This document shows positions 1-8,299 of a DNA stretch of 38,526 bases, piece after piece. Under the pieces are notes generated by a model, which saw nothing but the letters and a program-made list of their open reading frames with translations, had not been told where the DNA came from and did no database searches. The stretch spans positions 1-38,526 of the forward strand of contig JAGRAO010000005.1 in assembly GCA_020434565.1 (NCBI GenBank). Direction: 5' to 3'. Position 1 is the stretch's first letter, and every line of letters begins with the position of its first letter. The translations under genes were made by a program, and so were the position numbers. Source of the DNA: Bdellovibrionales bacterium (GTDB lineage Bacteria; Bdellovibrionota_C; UBA2361; RFPC01).

Positions 1-470
1 GACCTGTCCTAGCGAAGACCCCGTAGGCAGAGTTCGAGAAGAGATATCTCTCGAAACAACCGGAGCTCCCAAGGGAGTCCTCGAATCAGCGCTTCGAGAA
101 TCAAAAGAGGTATCTCCCTTGAAGCGCACGCTATCTTGAGAAAGCCGACGCAACTCATCTATCTGGTTCTTTTGAGCTTCGATGATTTTGTCTTGTCGCT
201 CTAGAGCAAGATCCTGAGAGCTAATCGCTTGATCCCGCTCATCAAGAGCGTTCCCGACCGCTGCTCCAGCACCAGCGCCGGCAAGACCTCCTATCACGAG
301 GCCACCGGCTGCATCTCCGGTCTGACTTCCGATCACGGCACCCAAGCCGGCGCCCACCGCTCCGCCAGAGATCGCCCCCACCTTGGTCGATTCACCAGCC
401 TCCGTACATCCCAAAAGAAACACGAGCGCAGTCGCGAGCAGAATTACCGTTCCTCGTCTCATTTCCGTAT
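1..470 (-). CDS. Outer-membrane glycine-zipper lipoprotein (17-kDa-antigen/Gly-zipper_Omp-like), partial: C-terminus lies beyond the window start
   Basis: Minus-strand translation from the ATG at 468-470 reads MRRGTVILLATALVFLLGC (lipobox FLLGC) ...GAVGAGLGAVIGSQTGDAAGGLVIGGLAGAGAGAAVG (glycine zipper), then a Q/E-rich coiled-coil tail. It has no stop before position 1. The plus-strand ORF 229..516 is its antisense shadow. Confidence 0.6.
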
Positions 471-564
471 TACTCCTTGTCTTACTTCTTCATTCACTTT
501 TACAGAACTGTGCTAGCGGGAACCACAAAAGAACATCTCCTTCGGGCCCTTCTTAAAAGATTGC

Positions 565-942
565 CTAGGGGGTGTCCCCGTCAGGCTTCTTTTCGTACTC
601 CTGCAACGCCTTGTTGTAGTACTTCTGCCTCTTGAGCTCTCGAATCTCTCGATTCTGTCGCTCTTTTTCCAACTCTTGTCGGCGGAGGATCTCCTTTCGG
701 CGAGCGACTTTCTCTTCGAATGTGTCTTCCTCTTCGTCTTCCACAATCAATGAGCCGGGATCTGCGCCGTCTTGGTAATTAAATTCATCCGGATTTGCAG
801 GCGATGAGGAGCATCCAAGAGTCATGACGTTCAGAACCGCAAGGCTCACGATGACTCCTCCACGCACGAGCAGCCTCTGCCACAAACTTGGAGAACCGCA
901 ACAGGTCGTTGGCAAAGAATTTTTCACGATCAAGCGTGCCAT
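565..942 (-). CDS. Small lipoprotein with highly charged, coiled-coil-like mature part
   Basis: ATG at 940-942. The signal peptide ends ...LAVLNVMTLGC|SSS. The real start may be the in-frame TTG giving MWQRLLVRGGVIVSLAVLNVMTLGC. The mature region is rich in E, K and R. Confidence 0.5.
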   Translation of the reverse strand: MARLIVKNSLPTTCCGSPSLWQRLLVRGGVIVSLAVLNVMTLGCSSSPANPDEFNYQDGADPGSLIVEDEEEDTFEEKVARRKEILRRQELEKERQNREIRELKRQKYYNKALQEYEKKPDGDTP

Positions 943-1371
943 GAGAAACTTTCACTCACCAATACATTTCACAGAGACCGCCCCACGACAAACAAGCGCA
1001 GGGCAACGTCCAAGTCCATTTTCGAACGTTCAACAAAAATAAGGCCAGGGAGTGGTATTAGTTTTGAAGAACGCTCCCAGTGTACACAATAGAGGATGCC
1101 CTAAAAAGAACAAGATTTTACTCTGCCTTTAACGCGGCGCCTCAAGAGGAGGAACGAGATGGAAGAGAGATCGATTGGCAGGATTCAGGGACCGTCCGTG
1201 AGATGGGAAGAAAACGGTGTACTGTCGGTTCTTAGAGAACCCTTAGGGCAAGAACATGGTGCCTCCAGAAAAAAAGACCGGTTAGCTAGCCTCCGCTTGG
1301 CTAACACGGCACAAGTCATCACCTCAGCATCCTGCTTCGGTTTGAGAAGATCGCTTCTTTGCGATCGCGGG

Positions 1372-1632
1372 TCAGCCACCCTGACGACGGAACGACGTTG
1401 AGGACTGGCCGAGAGACATGCTGTTCTCGCGGAAGTTCTTCTCGACGCTGCGGGTGGGCGACATGTGAGCCTGATCCACCTTGCCGAGCGTCGTTTCGAC
1501 GTTCCGTCCGTACGCGTGCATGCCAATGATCAGCCCACCATCACCGTCAGCCTGACAGCCAACCGCACTCAGGGCACATCCCAGGCCCAGCGCCAAAGCG
1601 GTGAGCCTCCGAACACTGCGAAGCTTACTCAT
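1372..1632 (-). CDS. Small secreted/lipo-protein (hypothetical, ~86 aa)
   Basis: An internal ATG (MSKLRSVRRLTALALGLGCALSAVGC...) is preceded by AGGAGAAG at 7 nt and is followed by a signal peptide. The longer 1806 start lacks an RBS. Confidence 0.4.
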   Translation of the reverse strand: MSKLRSVRRLTALALGLGCALSAVGCQADGDGGLIIGMHAYGRNVETTLGKVDQAHMSPTRSVEKNFRENSMSLGQSSTSFRRQGG

Positions 1633-2032
1633 GATGCTTCTCCTAGGGACCAAAATGAACATCGAGAAACCGTTTCCCGACAGTTCACCGTTTTCTTCTG
1701 CCCAACACACGAACACGAAAAGAGCGCTGGAGCGTTCCTCGCAGTAGTGTCCGGAATCGGACATTCTTCTCGAAGAGTGCTCCAACCGGCGATTATAGGA
1801 AGGCACCCCAGCTACACAAAAATAATGTGCCCCAATTGAAAGGGTATTCAGGGTTAGGCGCGATTACAGGGCATGCCTCCCATAACCCCAAAAGCTCGTT
1901 CTTTCTCATTGGCACCGACATCGACTCAAGTGCCTCAAAATATTGCAGAAGTGGTGAGACAATGATTTCGGTACGCTTTTCCCCGAAGGGTTTAGCGTTT
2001 ACTGCCTCTCACTCTGAAAGGAGCGCGGCGTC

Positions 2033-2575
2033 ATGTTGAAATCACAATCACCGAAGTTCGCGCTGTATGCGGGAGCCGTTGTGCTTTTCCTCATTCAGCT
2101 GCTCAGTGCCGGGATCGACAAGATCGCGCCTGAGTACTTCTCGAGTCCGATCCTGTTCTTTACACACCAGATGGAAGAAGGAGTTCCTCTCGCTAAGGGT
2201 GGCCTCATCTTCTATGTGCTGGGGACCTACCTTCTCTGGCATTTCTTCTTCATGTTCAGGCGTGTGGTGCGCGATCGGATCAGCTTTGAAGGGATGAAGC
2301 CCGGTATCGCTTACGCGCTCGGTGCTCTCTGTCTCTTCTTGGCAGAGATCTTGGTGTATTGCGTCGGGGTGTGGCTTCCGAATCTGTACTCCCCTGTGAC
2401 CCTCAATCTCCCCCTGATGGAGGGAGGCCAGTGGTCACTCGAATACTGGTGGAGCCAGGTTCCCTACTACGTCCCTGAGATTCTCATGATGGTGCTTGCA
2501 TGGACTATTGTGGGCTTCGTCGCAGACTCTGCTATCAGCAGAGATGACAAGCGCCCTCGGCCTCAGATGGCCTGA
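2033..2575 (+). CDS. Hypothetical integral membrane protein (4-5 TM)
   Basis: ATG at 2033 with AAAGGAG 8 nt upstream. Hydrophobic helices are present throughout. Confidence 0.55.
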   Translation: MLKSQSPKFALYAGAVVLFLIQLLSAGIDKIAPEYFSSPILFFTHQMEEGVPLAKGGLIFYVLGTYLLWHFFFMFRRVVRDRISFEGMKPGIAYALGALCLFLAEILVYCVGVWLPNLYSPVTLNLPLMEGGQWSLEYWWSQVPYYVPEILMMVLAWTIVGFVADSAISRDDKRPRPQMA

Positions 2576-2617
2576 CACGGTACCAAGGAGTGGTACATGA
2601 ATTGTCCTTGCAACCGG

Positions 2618-2658
2618 AAAGTAGCAGCGGCGGAGTCGCTCTACTTATCCTTTTTTTC
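2618..2658 (+). terminator. Rho-independent terminator for the 2033..2575 gene
   Basis: Imperfect GC hairpin AGTAGCAGCG-GCGGAGT-CGCTCTACT followed by TATCCTTTTTTT. Confidence 0.5.
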
Positions 2659-2742
2659 TGAAAGGAGCTCTCTATGAGTGAATCGGTTCCCCCCTAAAGG
2701 TTCACAGAAGCGTATCGAAATGATTGTCCTCTTCACTTCTCA

Positions 2743-3240
2743 TTACTCTTCTCTCCCCTCTCGCTCATGGCGAATCTGATCAAAAAGCCCACGCGAACAC
2801 TGCCGTATCCATATGAAAGCTTTTTCGTAGGTCACCTCTCCATAGAGAGGTTCGGGAAGTTCTCGCATTCCAAGTTGGGTTGTCCATTCTGAAAACATTC
2901 TCACTTCGCCAGTGAGCTCTTCCGTCCAGAGATTCCGAACGAACCAAAAATTATCCTCCCTCATGCAAATGACAAGGGTCCGAGCCTGAAGGTGCTCCGC
3001 TTCCAACTGCCTCGACCTGTGCGCCTCAAGCGACAAACCTTGTTGGATCGAGAAACGCAACAGATCGCTCGGCACAGAGCGTGTCGCCTTTCCGGCATGA
3101 GATCCAGCTGAGTCTATCTGAACGCTTCGAGACAGATGATACTCCTGCGCCAGGGATCGACAATACGCAGCGGTGAGGGGAGCAAGAGAAGTGTCGGTAT
3201 CATCGACAAAAAGGACCAAGTGAGAGGCAGCACCGGACAC
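2743..3240 (-). CDS. Low-molecular-weight protein-tyrosine-phosphatase (LMW-PTP/ArsC) fold protein with degenerate active site
   Basis: GTG start. VLFV..., VDSAGS, and the R..L / DL(V)ICM spacing match the LMW-PTP family. The P-loop reads LFVDDTDTSLAPLTAAYCRS instead of LFVCxGNxCRS: the nucleophilic Cys is absent, C-R-S is retained, and DPYYG is replaced by EPLYGE. Confidence 0.5.
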   Translation of the reverse strand: MSGAASHLVLFVDDTDTSLAPLTAAYCRSLAQEYHLSRSVQIDSAGSHAGKATRSVPSDLLRFSIQQGLSLEAHRSRQLEAEHLQARTLVICMREDNFWFVRNLWTEELTGEVRMFSEWTTQLGMRELPEPLYGEVTYEKAFIWIRQCSRGLFDQIRHEREGREE

Positions 3241-3253
3241 GATGATTCCACTT

Positions 3254-3985
3254 CTATAAAGTTGCCAACAGCACCGGTCCGTAGTAGTTCAAGGAAGCAC
3301 CAGTCTTTTCAAAGTACTGCTTCCAGAACCCTTCTATTGCCCTTCCAGTGCTATCCGAAACTCCGCTCCCGACGCCTGCTACAGCTACCTGCACATCCCG
3401 AAGATCCCAAACAAGAGAAAGTTTCTCGGCCCGTTGAACAAAATCATTGGCGACAAAGTTCTTCACTCCATAAAAAGAGAGTTCCTTACTGTTCTGCATC
3501 ATATCCGAAAAGATCACGAGCCGTTTTTTGGGAGAGTGGTCCGAGGAGAGCGCTTTACTTGCGAACGAAAGTGTTTCAAGCAGAGCCGAGGAAGGATGTT
3601 CTTCATCTTGAACGAGCATTTCACTTCTCAGCTGACCAAAACAGTCCTCAAAGTGCTTTTCCTGCGCACGAATCTTGAGCTTCGAAACCCAAAGCGATCC
3701 CTTGGGACGAACAATATCGAGAAGAATTCGTGTTTCGCTTGCCCGATCCGTACTTACCGCTGCAACGAGTCTCTCTCCAGGTTGGAGGAGCGCTTTAAGC
3801 GCTTCAAGGGATTTATCAAGATTATCGACGTTCTTTAACTCATCAGTTCGATCGATCAGAAGGAAAGTAACGCTTTCATGTTCGTTTGGAACGATACAGT
3901 TCGCTGCGTCCACAGCGAATGCGTCTTGGAAACAAGACAGCCCAACGATGACAAGAAACAAAAGAGATCTACACTCGGTTATCAT
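3254..3985 (-). CDS. Secreted hypothetical protein (signal peptide; possible degenerate VWA-like fold)
   Basis: ATG at 3983-3985. N-terminal MITECRSLLFLVIVGLSCFQDAFA is a signal peptide. LLIDRTDE and VIFSDM resemble VWA strand motifs. It overlaps the upstream gene by 17 nt. Confidence 0.5.
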   Translation of the reverse strand: MITECRSLLFLVIVGLSCFQDAFAVDAANCIVPNEHESVTFLLIDRTDELKNVDNLDKSLEALKALLQPGERLVAAVSTDRASETRILLDIVRPKGSLWVSKLKIRAQEKHFEDCFGQLRSEMLVQDEEHPSSALLETLSFASKALSSDHSPKKRLVIFSDMMQNSKELSFYGVKNFVANDFVQRAEKLSLVWDLRDVQVAVAGVGSGVSDSTGRAIEGFWKQYFEKTGASLNYYGPVLLATL

Positions 3986-5225
3986 GAGACACCTCCGATT
4001 GAGAATCGTTAATGAGTTTTTCTTTCATCTTTTCAAGCTTCAATGGAAAATCAAGATTGGCACTTATCGATTGAATTGTTGTTTCCCCGTTTCGGTATCG
4101 AAGATTCTCGTGACGATATACCGCAAGATTTTGCTGCAATCGGTGAAGGCACTGCCGCTCCAACTCCTCACCTTCCTTTAACACCTGGTCATACATCCCT
4201 TTGAGAAGAATAACCTCGACAAGCCCGTCCTGAAAATCTCTATTTGCTCGGTGTGTTTCAGCAATTTTCTTTTGTCCAAGCCTCACAAGGGTCTGCACCC
4301 GGCGTCTCTCCGCCGCTTCGATCTTTTTCCTGTTCTTTGAATGCAGGTGCTCAGCCTCTTGAAATCCCGGGACGGTATCGTGTGCAAGATACGAGACCAC
4401 GATTGCCGCCGAAAACACCGCCAGGTTTAACCAGAAAAAGAGGAAACTGCTTTCGACCAGCGTGTCCGTCAAACCAAGGTCTTCCTTAAATTCCCCTAAA
4501 TACGTCTGCCTCATGACCGACAATCCGTAGAGCGCTATGGTCACGACGGCAAAGGCGGCCAGGGCTTTCAAAGCATTTGGCCATGAGACCGTTCCTTCAT
4601 GTTCGCGTAACTTAATACCGATGAAGTGGGCAACCAATGGAACCGAAAGGCCAATAATGAACGCCATAATCCAGGTCATAACTTGATTTTCGCCAAAGAT
4701 CTGAAAGACAAGAGCGTTGAGTGGTATCTCCCCAACAAAAATGAGGAAGGCAAAAACGAGATACAACCAATGCGGTACATACACCACAGGAGCACGCCCG
4801 AAGCGCTCGTACTGCTGGTTAAATCGCTGCTCAGCTACTGAGTATGCTCTGTGGGCTTCGCTCAACCCAAAAGAGTTTTCGCAGGCATCAGTCTCAACTG
4901 AATAATTCGCTTCAATAGCTGCAAGCGCATCTTTGTGCTTGCGGTGCAAGAGTTCTTCTTCTGCTTTGATCTTTGCATCAAGCAACTCAAGAGAAGATTT
5001 GAAAGTAGAAGCTACCTTACTCGCAAGCGTAGAAGCTGCGTGTTGAAGCTGAAGTTCAAAAGGAGAGGGCTCGTGTGAATCTGGGAGCGGAAGACCACTC
5101 TCAGCGTCCGCTTTGGCGTGGTCCCGTATCTTCTGATCACTAAACTCACGCCTATGATCATCAAAAAGTCTCCGCAAGACCCTCATATCGGGAAGGAAGG
5201 CGCTCTTTTTCCACTTTCGAAACAT
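3969..5225 (-). CDS. Hypothetical membrane protein: N-terminal coiled coil, 4 TM helices, C-terminal coiled coil
   Basis: ATG at 5223-5225 with GGTGAGG upstream (the track start at 5246 is TTG). Four hydrophobic helices sit in the middle. It lies 72 nt downstream of the flotillin gene on the same strand. Confidence 0.55.
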   Translation of the reverse strand: MFRKWKKSAFLPDMRVLRRLFDDHRREFSDQKIRDHAKADAESGLPLPDSHEPSPFELQLQHAASTLASKVASTFKSSLELLDAKIKAEEELLHRKHKDALAAIEANYSVETDACENSFGLSEAHRAYSVAEQRFNQQYERFGRAPVVYVPHWLYLVFAFLIFVGEIPLNALVFQIFGENQVMTWIMAFIIGLSVPLVAHFIGIKLREHEGTVSWPNALKALAAFAVVTIALYGLSVMRQTYLGEFKEDLGLTDTLVESSFLFFWLNLAVFSAAIVVSYLAHDTVPGFQEAEHLHSKNRKKIEAAERRRVQTLVRLGQKKIAETHRANRDFQDGLVEVILLKGMYDQVLKEGEELERQCLHRLQQNLAVYRHENLRYRNGETTIQSISANLDFPLKLEKMKEKLINDSQSEVSHDNRV

Positions 5226-5297
5226 AACCTCACCAACAAAAAACAAGAGAGGGGCCGTCGCACCCTCTCTTGCTGCTTTACCCTTTAAAAGCGCGGA

Positions 5298-6719
5298 CTA
5301 CACGTCCTTGCGGCTTCGCGAATAATGAATTCCGTCCGTTGGCTCCTCTGAAGGGTTCTCCTCCGAAGCTCCATTTGTTGAGTGGCTGACAGGTTTTGGT
5401 CCTTCAACCATATCCCCGAGATATTCGGGCAATTCTATTCCTGCCATCTTCGCAACTTCATGAAGCGGCGGAAGAGTCTTAATCATGTTGCTCATAAAGT
5501 TTGATGTACTGCTCCCGTTCCCGTTTGTGCCGCCAGCACTGTCCCAAACCGTGACTTTGTCGATTTGGATATTTCGAATGGCTTCGGTCTGCAGGCGAAC
5601 GATCGTTTCGATTTTCTCAACCATCAACATCGTGGCAGCTTCTTTCGGAGAAGCGCTACACGCCTGAACCATCTTTCGGTATCCCTCAGCTTTGGCATTC
5701 AAGACTTTATCAATACCGGCCGCTTCGGCACTCTTTACCGCAACTATCGCATCGGCTTCCCCGACGGCTTCCTTACGCCGCTTTTCAGCCTCAGCTTCTG
5801 CGTTAATGGCAATCTTTCGCTTTTCAATCTCGCGAGGAACAACCTGCTCAGCGATAAGCCGTTTCTCTTCGGCTTGAGCCTTTGCGATCTGAATTTGTGC
5901 AGCAGCATTTTGTTCAGCTACCCGACCACGCTGTTGAGCGACCGCCTCTTGCTCGGCGAGATCCGCGTTGTATTGCGCAATATGTGCTTTCGCTCGGTTC
6001 TCCCCTTCAACCGCATTTGCGTTGTACTCAGACACCTTAATTCGTCTCTCCTTGTCCGCTTCGGCGGCTCCGATATCCCCTTTTTTCTCCTGCTCAGCCA
6101 CATCAATCTTGGCTTGGTTTATCGCTGTAGAGGCCGCCTTCTTTCCGATAGATTCGATATACCCAGACGCATCGGTTATATCGGTTATGTTTACGTTGAT
6201 AAGCGTCAGTCCGATCTTTCTCAGCTCCGGTCCAATGTTGTTTCGAATCGCTTCAAGGAAACGTTCTCTGTCTTGGTTAATCTCTTCAATCGTCAATGAC
6301 GCAATCGTCAAACGGAGTTGCCCGAATATGATCTCTTTCGCCATCGACTCCAGCTCGTCGTGTTCCAGATCCATCAAACGGACGGCCGCATTCGTCATAT
6401 TGTCTGGGCTCGTATCGATCGCTATGGTGAAGGTGCTTGGTACGTTAACCCGAATATTTTGCTGCGAAAGAGCACCTTGGAGTGGAATGCTAATCGTAAT
6501 CGGGGTCAAATCGAGAAATTGTGCTTGCTGAATAAGTGGAATCACAAAGTGCGCGCCCCCGTGATAACACATTACTGAGCGACCCTTCCCAACTTTCCCC
6601 TGCACGGCAAGAATCTTGTTCGAAGGACACCGGACGTAGATCCGCGAGAGAAGCATTGGAATGACGACAAAGATCGACAATCCAGCAAGGATCGTTATAA
6701 TCAGTAGCGAGCTATTCAT
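5298..6719 (-). CDS. Flotillin (SPFH/band-7 domain, FloT/YuaG-type) with long Ala/Glu/Lys-rich coiled coil
   Basis: N-terminal TM, an SPFH domain, then EA-repeat coiled coil (AEQEKKG...AEAEKRRKEA). It overlaps nfeD by 8 nt. Confidence 0.85.
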   Translation of the reverse strand: MNSSLLIITILAGLSIFVVIPMLLSRIYVRCPSNKILAVQGKVGKGRSVMCYHGGAHFVIPLIQQAQFLDLTPITISIPLQGALSQQNIRVNVPSTFTIAIDTSPDNMTNAAVRLMDLEHDELESMAKEIIFGQLRLTIASLTIEEINQDRERFLEAIRNNIGPELRKIGLTLINVNITDITDASGYIESIGKKAASTAINQAKIDVAEQEKKGDIGAAEADKERRIKVSEYNANAVEGENRAKAHIAQYNADLAEQEAVAQQRGRVAEQNAAAQIQIAKAQAEEKRLIAEQVVPREIEKRKIAINAEAEAEKRRKEAVGEADAIVAVKSAEAAGIDKVLNAKAEGYRKMVQACSASPKEAATMLMVEKIETIVRLQTEAIRNIQIDKVTVWDSAGGTNGNGSSTSNFMSNMIKTLPPLHEVAKMAGIELPEYLGDMVEGPKPVSHSTNGASEENPSEEPTDGIHYSRSRKDV

Positions 6720-7338
6720 TGCTTTCTCCTGTGGTAGTGGATAGCCGACCCACGACGACCATCCCGTTTTCTAAAACTTTGTGAACTTGAACAGCTTCGA
6801 ATGAAGAGATTTCGCTCCCATCTTCAGCTTTGGCTTCAAGCTCATACAATTGATCATTGATAGTGACCTGAATCTTTCCAATCCCTGCTGCAGGTATTCG
6901 TTGATATACAGTCGCGGTGAGTCCAACGGCATCCTTCGGATTGAAATTAGCGCCCTCGCTCGCCAAGCGAAACGCAAGGCTGTACAAAACGGCGGTTACA
7001 ATCATCGCACCGAAACCAACGGCAAACGCTATCGCAACTGATCCTCCCTCACTCCAGTGGAACTGAGAATATGCACAAAGACCGGACCAACCAAACATCA
7101 TGAGAAAAGAGCCGATCGTGTTAAGTGAAAAGAGCCGAAAGCTTGAATCGGTTGAGTCACCGTGAAGATCTCCATGATGCTCAAGATGACTCGACGAACC
7201 AAATTCGAGCTCTCCGCCAAATCCCCCAAGAAACATAAGAGCCACTCGGGCGACAAAGAAGAGAGTCCCAACTACAGCGCACGTCCAGAGGGCGAGCTCC
7301 ACACTTGAGGGGGCATCGGAGAGGAATGGGAGTGACAT
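6712..7338 (-). CDS. NfeD-like short-form protein (YuaF-type), membrane anchor plus C-terminal OB-fold
   Basis: N-terminal TM helices and a C-terminal GLTATVYQRIPAAGIGKIQVTINDQLYELEAK...VVV OB-fold typical of NfeD. ATG at 7336-7338 with GGTGAGG 7 nt upstream. The nfeD-flotillin pairing is canonical. Confidence 0.8.
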   Translation of the reverse strand: MSLPFLSDAPSSVELALWTCAVVGTLFFVARVALMFLGGFGGELEFGSSSHLEHHGDLHGDSTDSSFRLFSLNTIGSFLMMFGWSGLCAYSQFHWSEGGSVAIAFAVGFGAMIVTAVLYSLAFRLASEGANFNPKDAVGLTATVYQRIPAAGIGKIQVTINDQLYELEAKAEDGSEISSFEAVQVHKVLENGMVVVGRLSTTTGESNE

Positions 7339-7367
7339 AAGAGAACCTCACCTGTAACCAAACATAC

Positions 7368-7410
7368 ACACATTATACATATTAATGTGTAGTTTGTATA
7401 CTAATATACA
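7368..7410. promoter_or_regulatory. Two adjacent palindromes in AT-rich promoter of nfeD-flotillin operon (candidate operator)
   Basis: ACACATTA-N7-TAATGTGT (7368-7390) and TGTATA-CTAA-TATACA (7395-7410), 30-70 nt upstream of the nfeD start. Confidence 0.45.
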
Positions 7411-7684
7411 CAACTATGCGCAATTTAGACTCTTTCTCTAGCCGACGATCGATAGCCCTCCTCAAAAGGAACACCACTTTCTGGCATTATTGTAAGTGAA
7501 CACTCTAAAAATCGGTCCCGCTTCTAGTACGAAGGTGTCGGTTTCTAGGGCTCGACTCGGCGCAAGGTATACACCAATGAGCTATCTGATGTGGACTGAA
7601 ATGTTGGCGATGCGTTATCAGACCCTTTTCTCCGGACAATCCGTCAGAAAGGACCTGACAGAAATCAAACTCCGTGTGGAAGAC

Positions 7685-8299
7685 TCACTCCGAAGCCGGT
7701 TCGCACTCCACATCGGAGCGGGCTGTGATCACAGCTCTCGGTCGACGAAGCAAGAGGATCACAACCCCAACACAGATTGCGGAGTCGGCAACATTGAATG
7801 CTGGCCAGTGGGATGAACCCACATAGACATCGAGAAAATCGACTACGTGGCCTATCTGAATTCGATCGAGGAGATTCCCTATCGCCCCCCCAAGGATTGC
7901 CCCGAGTGCTGCTTGGGCGATTCTATCTCTTTGATAGTCGTACAGAAGGAAGTAGAGAATGACTCCAAGCGCCAGAACCGTCACGCCAAAAATAATCAAC
8001 TGTCGAACCGTTGATTCAAGTCCACCCAACATCCCGAATGCGGCTCCAGGGTTGAGCACGTGCGTGATATTGAAAAAATCCGGGATTACCTCGACCGACT
8101 CATACAGCCGAAGTTTTGATACAACCAAATGCTTCGTGACCTGATCGAAAATCACCACAACAAAAATACTCACCGATAATATTGTCAGTGCAGTTCGGTC
8201 CTGAAGCAACTCTTTCAACTTCTCTTTCACGCCACCTCGTTCTCTTTTTTCTCTCTCTTCTCTCTTCGATCTACCAAGAAGATCCTTCCTGAATTTCAT
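7685..8299 (-). CDS. lspA: Lipoprotein signal peptidase (signal peptidase II)
   Basis: Contains FDQVTKHLVV, NPGAAFGM, IGNLLDR and VDFLDV...FNVADSAI, the conserved LspA boxes. The start is taken at MKFRKDLL (ATG 8297-8299), which overlaps the upstream gene end by 29 nt. The longer track ORF to 8428 is unlikely. Confidence 0.8.
   Translation of the reverse strand: MKFRKDLLGRSKREEREKRERGGVKEKLKELLQDRTALTILSVSIFVVVIFDQVTKHLVVSKLRLYESVEVIPDFFNITHVLNPGAAFGMLGGLESTVRQLIIFGVTVLALGVILYFLLYDYQRDRIAQAALGAILGGAIGNLLDRIQIGHVVDFLDVYVGSSHWPAFNVADSAICVGVVILLLRRPRAVITARSDVECEPASE

Noticed and set aside
229-516. 95-aa plus-strand ORF
   Set aside because: It is the antisense shadow of the minus-strand glycine-zipper lipoprotein gene (1..470), which has a clear lipobox and domain. 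The plus-strand product is low-complexity with no RBS.
5565-6531. Plus-strand ORFs of 244 aa and 187 aa inside the flotillin gene
   Set aside because: They lie antisense to a confidently identified SPFH/flotillin CDS. Their Ser/Leu/Phe-rich composition is typical of the reverse-strand reading of an Ala/Glu/Lys coiled coil.
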